DNA from: Octopus sinensis
Lineage: Eukaryota
Assembly (NCBI RefSeq): GCF_006345805.1
Contig: NC_043014.1
Span: 47,554,001-47,618,000, forward strand
Direction: 5' to 3'
Length of the DNA: 64,000 nucleotides
Part shown: piece after piece, positions 61,453 to 64,000 of the stretch
Position numbering within the stretch: the stretch's first letter is position 1
Layout: the number at the start of each line of letters is the position of its first letter
The notes under the pieces: model-generated
The model's database searches: none
What the model saw: the letters and a program-made list of their open reading frames with translations, nothing else
Told to the model about the DNA's origin: nothing
Made by a program: the position numbers and the translations under genes

Positions 61453-64000
61453 TTGTATGAACGTATGTATGTATGTATGTATGTGTGTGTGTGCATGTAT
61501 GTATGTATGCATGTTTGTATGTATGTTTGTATGTATGTATGTATGTATGTATGTATGTATATTTGTATGTATGTTTGTATGTATGTATGTATGTATGTAT
61601 GTATGTTTGTATGAACGTATGTATGTATGTATGTATGTGTGTGTGTGCATGATGTATGTATGTATATTTGTATGTATGTTTTATCGTATGTTATGTATGT
61701 ATGTATGCTGTATATTTGTATGTATGTTATGTATGTATGTATGTTGTATGTATGTATTGTATGTATGTATGATGTATGTATGTATGTATGCATGTTTGTA
61801 TGTATGTATGTATATTGTATGTATGTTGTATGTATGTATGTATGTATGTATGTATGTATGCATGTTTGTATGTATGTATGTATGTATGTATGTTTGTATG
61901 TATATTTGTATGTATGTATGTATATTTGTATGTATGTATGTATGTATGTTTGTATGTATGTATGTATGTATGTTTGTATGAATGTATGTATGTATGTTTG
62001 TATGTATGTATGTATATTTGTATGTATGTATGTATATTTGTATGTATGTATGTATGTATGTTTGTATGTATGTATGTATGTATGTATGCATGTTTGTATG
62101 TATGTATGTATATTTGTATGTATGTATGTATGTATGTATGTATGTATGCATGTTTGTATGTATGTATGTATATTTGTATGTATGTATGTATGTATGTTTG
62201 TATGAACGTATGTATGTATGTATGTATGTGTGTGTGTGCATGTATGTATGTATGCATGTTTGTATGTATGTATGTATATTTGTATGTATGTTTGTATGTA
62301 TGTATGTATGTATGTATGTATGTATGTATGCATGTTTGTATGTATGTATGTATGTTTGTATGTATGTATGTATGTATGTTTGTATGAATGTATGTATGTA
62401 TGTTTGTATGTATGTATGTATATTTGTATGTATGTATGTTTGTATGTATGTATGTATGTATGTTTGTATGTATGTATGTATGTATGTATGTATGTATGGA
62501 TGTTTGTATGTATGTATGTATGTATGTATGATGTATGTATGTATGTATGTATGTATGTATGTTTGTATGTATGTATGTATGTATGTTGTGTATGTATGTA
62601 TGTATGTATGTTTGTATGAATGTATGTATGTTTGTAGCGTATGTATGTATGTTTGTATGTATGTATGTTATTTTGTATGTATGTATGTTTGTATGTATGT
62701 ATGTATGTATGTTTGTATGTATGTATGTATGTATGTATGTATGTATGTATGTTATGTATGTATGTATGTTTGTATGTATGTATGTATGTATGTATGTGTT
62801 GTAGTTGTATGTATGTTTGTATGTATGATGATGTTATGGATGATGTATGTATGTATGTATGTTTGTATGTATTGTATGTATGTATGTATGCATGTTTGTA
62901 TGTATGTATGTATGTTGTTGTATGTATGTATGTATGTTTGTATGTATGTATGTCTGTATGTATGTATGTATGTTTGTATGTATGTATGATGTATGTATGT
63001 ATGTATGTTGTATGTATGTATGTATGTATGTATGTATGTATGTCTGTATGTTCTGTATGTTTGTATGTATGTATGTATGATGTTTGTATGTATGTATGTA
63101 TGTATGTATGTATGTATGTTGTATGTATGTATGTAGTATGTATGTATTATGTATGTATGTTTGTATGTATGTATGTATGTATTATGTATGTATTGTATGT
63201 TTGTAGTATGATGTATGTATGTATGTATGGATGTTTGTATGTATGTATGTATGTATGCATTGTTTGTATGTAGGTATGTATGTATGTAGTGTATGTATGT
63301 ATGTATGTATGTATGTGTTATGTATGTATGTATGTATGGTGTGTATGTATGTATGTATGTATGCATGTTGTGTATGTATGATGTATGTATGTATGTGTAT
63401 GTATGTATGTATGTATGTATGTATGTATGTATGTATGTTTGTATGTAGGTATGTATGTAGGTATGTGTATGTATGTATATTTGTGTTATGTATGTATGTA
63501 TGTATGTATGTATGTTGTGTGTGTATGTTTGTGTGTATGTATGTATGTGTGTGTATGTATGCATGTGTGTGTGTGTATGTATGTATGTTTGTATGTATGT
63601 TTGTATGTATGTATGTATGTATGTATGTGTATGTATGTATGTTTGTATGTATGTATGTATGTATGTATGTATGTATGTATGTTTGTATGTATGTATGTAT
63701 GTATGTATGTGTATGTATGTATGTTTGTATGTATGTATGTATGTATGTATGTATGTATGTATGTATGTATGTATGTATGTGTGTGTATGCATGTGTGTGT
63801 GTGTATGTATGTATGTTTGTATGTATGTTTGTATGTATGTATGTATGTATGTATGTGTGTATGTATGTATGTATGTATGTATGTATGTATGTGTGTGTAT
63901 GTATGCATGTGTGTGTGTGTATGTATGTATGTTTGTATGTATGTTTGTATGTATGTATGTATGTATGTATGTATGTATGTAGTGTATGTATGTGTGTGTG
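60573..64000. repeat. (ATGT)n microsatellite field, at least 3.4 kb, running to the window end
   Basis: Directly visible; short SINE-tail insert at about 60645-60685. Confidence 0.98.

Noticed and set aside
60574-63982. Long ORFs (up to 525 aa) such as MYVCMYVC and HTYIHTYI
   Set aside because: Translations of (ATGT)n, which lacks stops in several frames. The same applies to ORFs at 35719-36158, 50510-52068 and 55005-56864.

Overview
Repeat-dense AT-rich animal genomic DNA. The SINE and microsatellite content looks to me like an octopod cephalopod (inference from recalled repeat families, not verified). Almost all ORFs in the supplied track are repeat artefacts. Reading splice sites by hand on the minus strand gives two multi-exon genes whose exon phases join in frame at every junction. 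(1) A ~773-aa secreted protein (13 firm coding exons, 33042-58545, plus an unresolved tiny start exon): signal peptide, pro-region, animal heme-peroxidase (peroxidase-cyclooxygenase) fold, thrombospondin type-1 (TSP1) repeat and a Gln/Lys-rich tail. Its distal His, proximal His and the Asn that pairs with the proximal His are all replaced, while the Ca2+ loop, most disulfides and a KGD motif are kept. It is therefore a predicted heme-less pseudo-peroxidase, possibly an adhesion or matrix protein, and is the best candidate novelty here. (2) A Lachesin-like protein with a signal peptide and three Ig domains (7 coding exons, 793-20448) that runs off the left edge. Introns and the intergenic region hold RTE LINE relics, CRE-like and R4/Dong-like RLE retroelements, a Penelope-like RT relic, decayed minimal hammerhead motifs, Helitron, mariner, piggyBac and hAT non-autonomous elements, several tRNA-derived SINE families, long hairpins, minisatellites and an interstitial (TTAGGG)n tract. 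No CRISPR or rRNA was seen, and no intact tRNA gene.
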